Positions 32,758 through 34,755 of a stretch of DNA of 34,755 nt are shown here, in pieces; positions within the stretch are counted from its first letter, which is position 1; every line of letters starts with the position of its first letter. The notes below the pieces were generated by a model. That model did no database searches, had not been told where the DNA came from, and saw only the letters and a program-made list of their open reading frames with translations. The position numbers and the translations under genes are program-made. Source of the stretch: Macrostomum lignano (taxonomy: Eukaryota); NCBI GenBank assembly GCA_002269645.1, contig NIVC01004803.1, positions 1-34,755 of the forward strand, written 5' to 3'.

Positions 32758-33355
32758 GGCGTGACAATCCCATCGCAGCGCCGGTACGTGTACTACTACG
32801 CCCACACTCTGCGCAAAAGCCTATCTGTAGAGAGCTGCCCGCTAGTGCTGAAATCCGTCACACTCGAAGGCGGCCAGCCAGTATTTCCACCTAGCAACGG
32901 TTGTTCGTTATACTTCCGCTGCAAGAAGCTGGTGCGCGACTGTCATCAGGATAACCGGAGTACGCATCGGCCCATAGGCGACTCCGAGGTCTGCGAAGTC
33001 CGCGGTGTGCCAGCAGACCGCCATCCTTGTGCAGCCAACCAGCCCGATCCCAGTCAATGGCGACGTGAAGATTGTGTTCTATCACCGAGCTCGAACCGGC
33101 TGGCTAGATACGATAAAATCTTCCATTTCTGGTTGAACACCTTCTTTGTGGTGAATCAACCTGGCGACACGCCCGGAGCTCGATGGCGACAGAGCGCGGC
33201 TAGACGACGGCGCGGCCGGCCTCTGCCGCCAGCGGAGACGGCGGGCTTCGGGTCGCGATATTTTTCTAACTTTGACAAAGGCCGAACTGGACAAGGCCTG
33301 CAAAGATCGACTGCTGCCGGACACTTTCTCTGTGCGTTTAGATAGCATTTTCTGA
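32758..33355 (+). CDS. PTEN: PTEN coding exon 5 (end of phosphatase domain plus C2 domain), frameshifted in this sequence
   Basis: Frame 1: GVTIPSQRRYVYYYAH... Frame 2: PIPVNGDVKIVFYH (33044-33085). Frame 1: DKIFHFWLNTFF (33112-33147). Frame 2: LTLTKAELDKACKD...FSVRL (from 33266). All four blocks match human PTEN in order. The end is uncertain: GTGCGT donor at 33332 or stop at 33353-33355. Confidence 0.82.
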
Positions 33356-33478
33356 GCTTTTCACATTATTTCCTAGTGTTTCTGCTGTTTGACATATCTT
33401 TGAAAGATGGACTATCTTTTGATATTATTTAAGTTCATTGACTGCAATCTTCATGACATTTTCCAGGCATTTAGGTTT

Positions 33479-34391
33479 CTCGGGGTTTCCTTTGACCTTG
33501 GCTTGGTCGAGGTTTCCCTTGACATTTGGGTGCTCAGGATTTTCTTTGACCTTGGCTTGGTCGGGGTTTCCCTTGACATTTGGCTGCTCGGGATTTCCTT
33601 TGACCTTGGGCTGCTCGGGATTACCTTTGACCTTGGGCTGCTCGGGATTACCTTTGACCTTGGGCTGCTCGGATTACCTTTGACCTTGGGCTGCTCGGGG
33701 ATTTCCTTTGACATTTGGCTGCTCGGGATTTCCCTTGACATTTGGCTGCTCGGGATTTCCCTTGACATTTGGCTGCTCGGATTTCCCTTGACATTTGGCT
33801 GCTCGGGATTTCTTTGACCTTGTGGCTGCTCGGGATTACCTTTGACCTTGGGCTGCTCGGATTACCTTTGACCTTGGACTGCTCGGATTACCTTTGACAT
33901 TTGGCTGCTCGGGATTTCCCTTGACATTTGGCTGCTCGGGATTTCCCTTGACATTTGGCTGCTCGGGATTTCCCTTGACATTTGGCTGCTCGGGATTTCC
34001 TTTGACCTTGGGCTGCCTCGGGATTCTTTGACCTGTGGGCTGCCGGGATTACCTTTGACCTTGGGCTGCTCGGGATTTCCTTTGACATTTGGCTGCTCGG
34101 ATTTCCCTGACATTTGGTGCTCGGGATTTCCCTTGACATTTGGCTGCTCGGGATTTCCTTGACATTTGGCTGCTCGGGATTTCCTTTGACCTTGCAGTTG
34201 CTCAGGATTTCCCTTGATCTTGGATTGCTCAGGATTTCCTGATCTTAGGTTGCTTGGGATTTCCCTTGATCTTGGTTGCTCGGGATTTCTCTTGACCTTG
34301 ATCTTGGGTTGCTCGGGATTTCTCTTGACCTTGATCTTGGTTTCTCGGGATTTCCCTTGACCTTGATCTTAGATCGATCTGATTTCCCTTG
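33479..34391. repeat. Minisatellite, ~27-bp unit (cccttgacatttggctgctcgggattt and ctttgaccttgggctgctcgggattac variants), ~33 copies
   Basis: Direct reading; many units carry single-base deletions between ~33840 and 34160. Confidence 0.95.
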
Positions 34392-34398
34392 ATATTGA

Positions 34399-34755
34399 GC
34401 TCCTCGGAAAAATCCAAGCACAGAAGAAGCCAGCATCCTAAGCATCCGTGCATGCCTCCCGACTCAAAACTCAGGCAACACTGCGATTCTCAGTGCCGCG
34501 AGTACCACTCGGACGATGACGACGCGTCGGGGGCCCTACCGGTCCTTCGCTTACACTCCGCAGCAGGCGCTACGCGCCTCCAGCCGGCCTCTCGACGATA
34601 CGGGGTCCAATCAACAGCATCATCAGTCCTCTTCATCTTCATGCTCGTCGCAGACTGACGATGATGAAGATCCGGAGAAGGCATTTGGACAACAGCAGCA
34701 GCAACAGCAAGAGCAGGTAGCGACCAGGGTGGTCAATGACCATTATGACCTGTCA
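34399..34755 (+). CDS. Candidate PTEN C-terminal tail exon (low complexity; runs off the window)
   Basis: Frame open from 34399 to the window end: ...DDTGSNQQHHQSSSSSCSSQTDDDEDPEKAFGQQQQQQQEQV..., a Ser/Thr cluster followed by acidic residues like the CK2-phosphorylated PTEN tail. Splice acceptor and frame are not resolved; no stop is seen. Confidence 0.35.

Overview
Eukaryotic (invertebrate metazoan) genomic DNA with spliceosomal GT-AG introns; no bacterial operons, rRNA, true tRNA or CRISPR array. The style (Ala/Gln-rich proteins, introns filled with private minisatellites) would fit a flatworm such as Macrostomum, but that is inference only. Two genes are recognisable, both on +. (1) A single-exon ZC3H10 orthologue (17279-18610; three CCCH fingers plus coiled coil). 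(2) A PTEN orthologue (ATG 23344; exons 23344-23507, 30196-30240, 30696-30870, 31030-31164, 32758-~33331/33355, possible last exon from ~34400). Its phosphatase domain is intact, but the C2-domain exon switches reading frame three times in this sequence. About 9.5 kb (~27%) is tandem repeat, about 15 unrelated arrays, and these explain most long ORFs in the track. Mobile DNA: a tRNA-headed CORE-type SINE plus a 3' fragment of it, a 380-bp MITE with an 8-bp TSD, and a 1.49-kb TTAA-flanked foldback element with ~410-440-bp inverted arms in PTEN intron 1. The least explained signals are a sharply bounded ~2.5-kb CpG-depleted, TpA-rich island just upstream of the PTEN ATG, the hard-to-classify TTAA element, and the PTEN C2 frameshifts, which may be assembly errors. 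I found no convincing wholly new multi-gene system.
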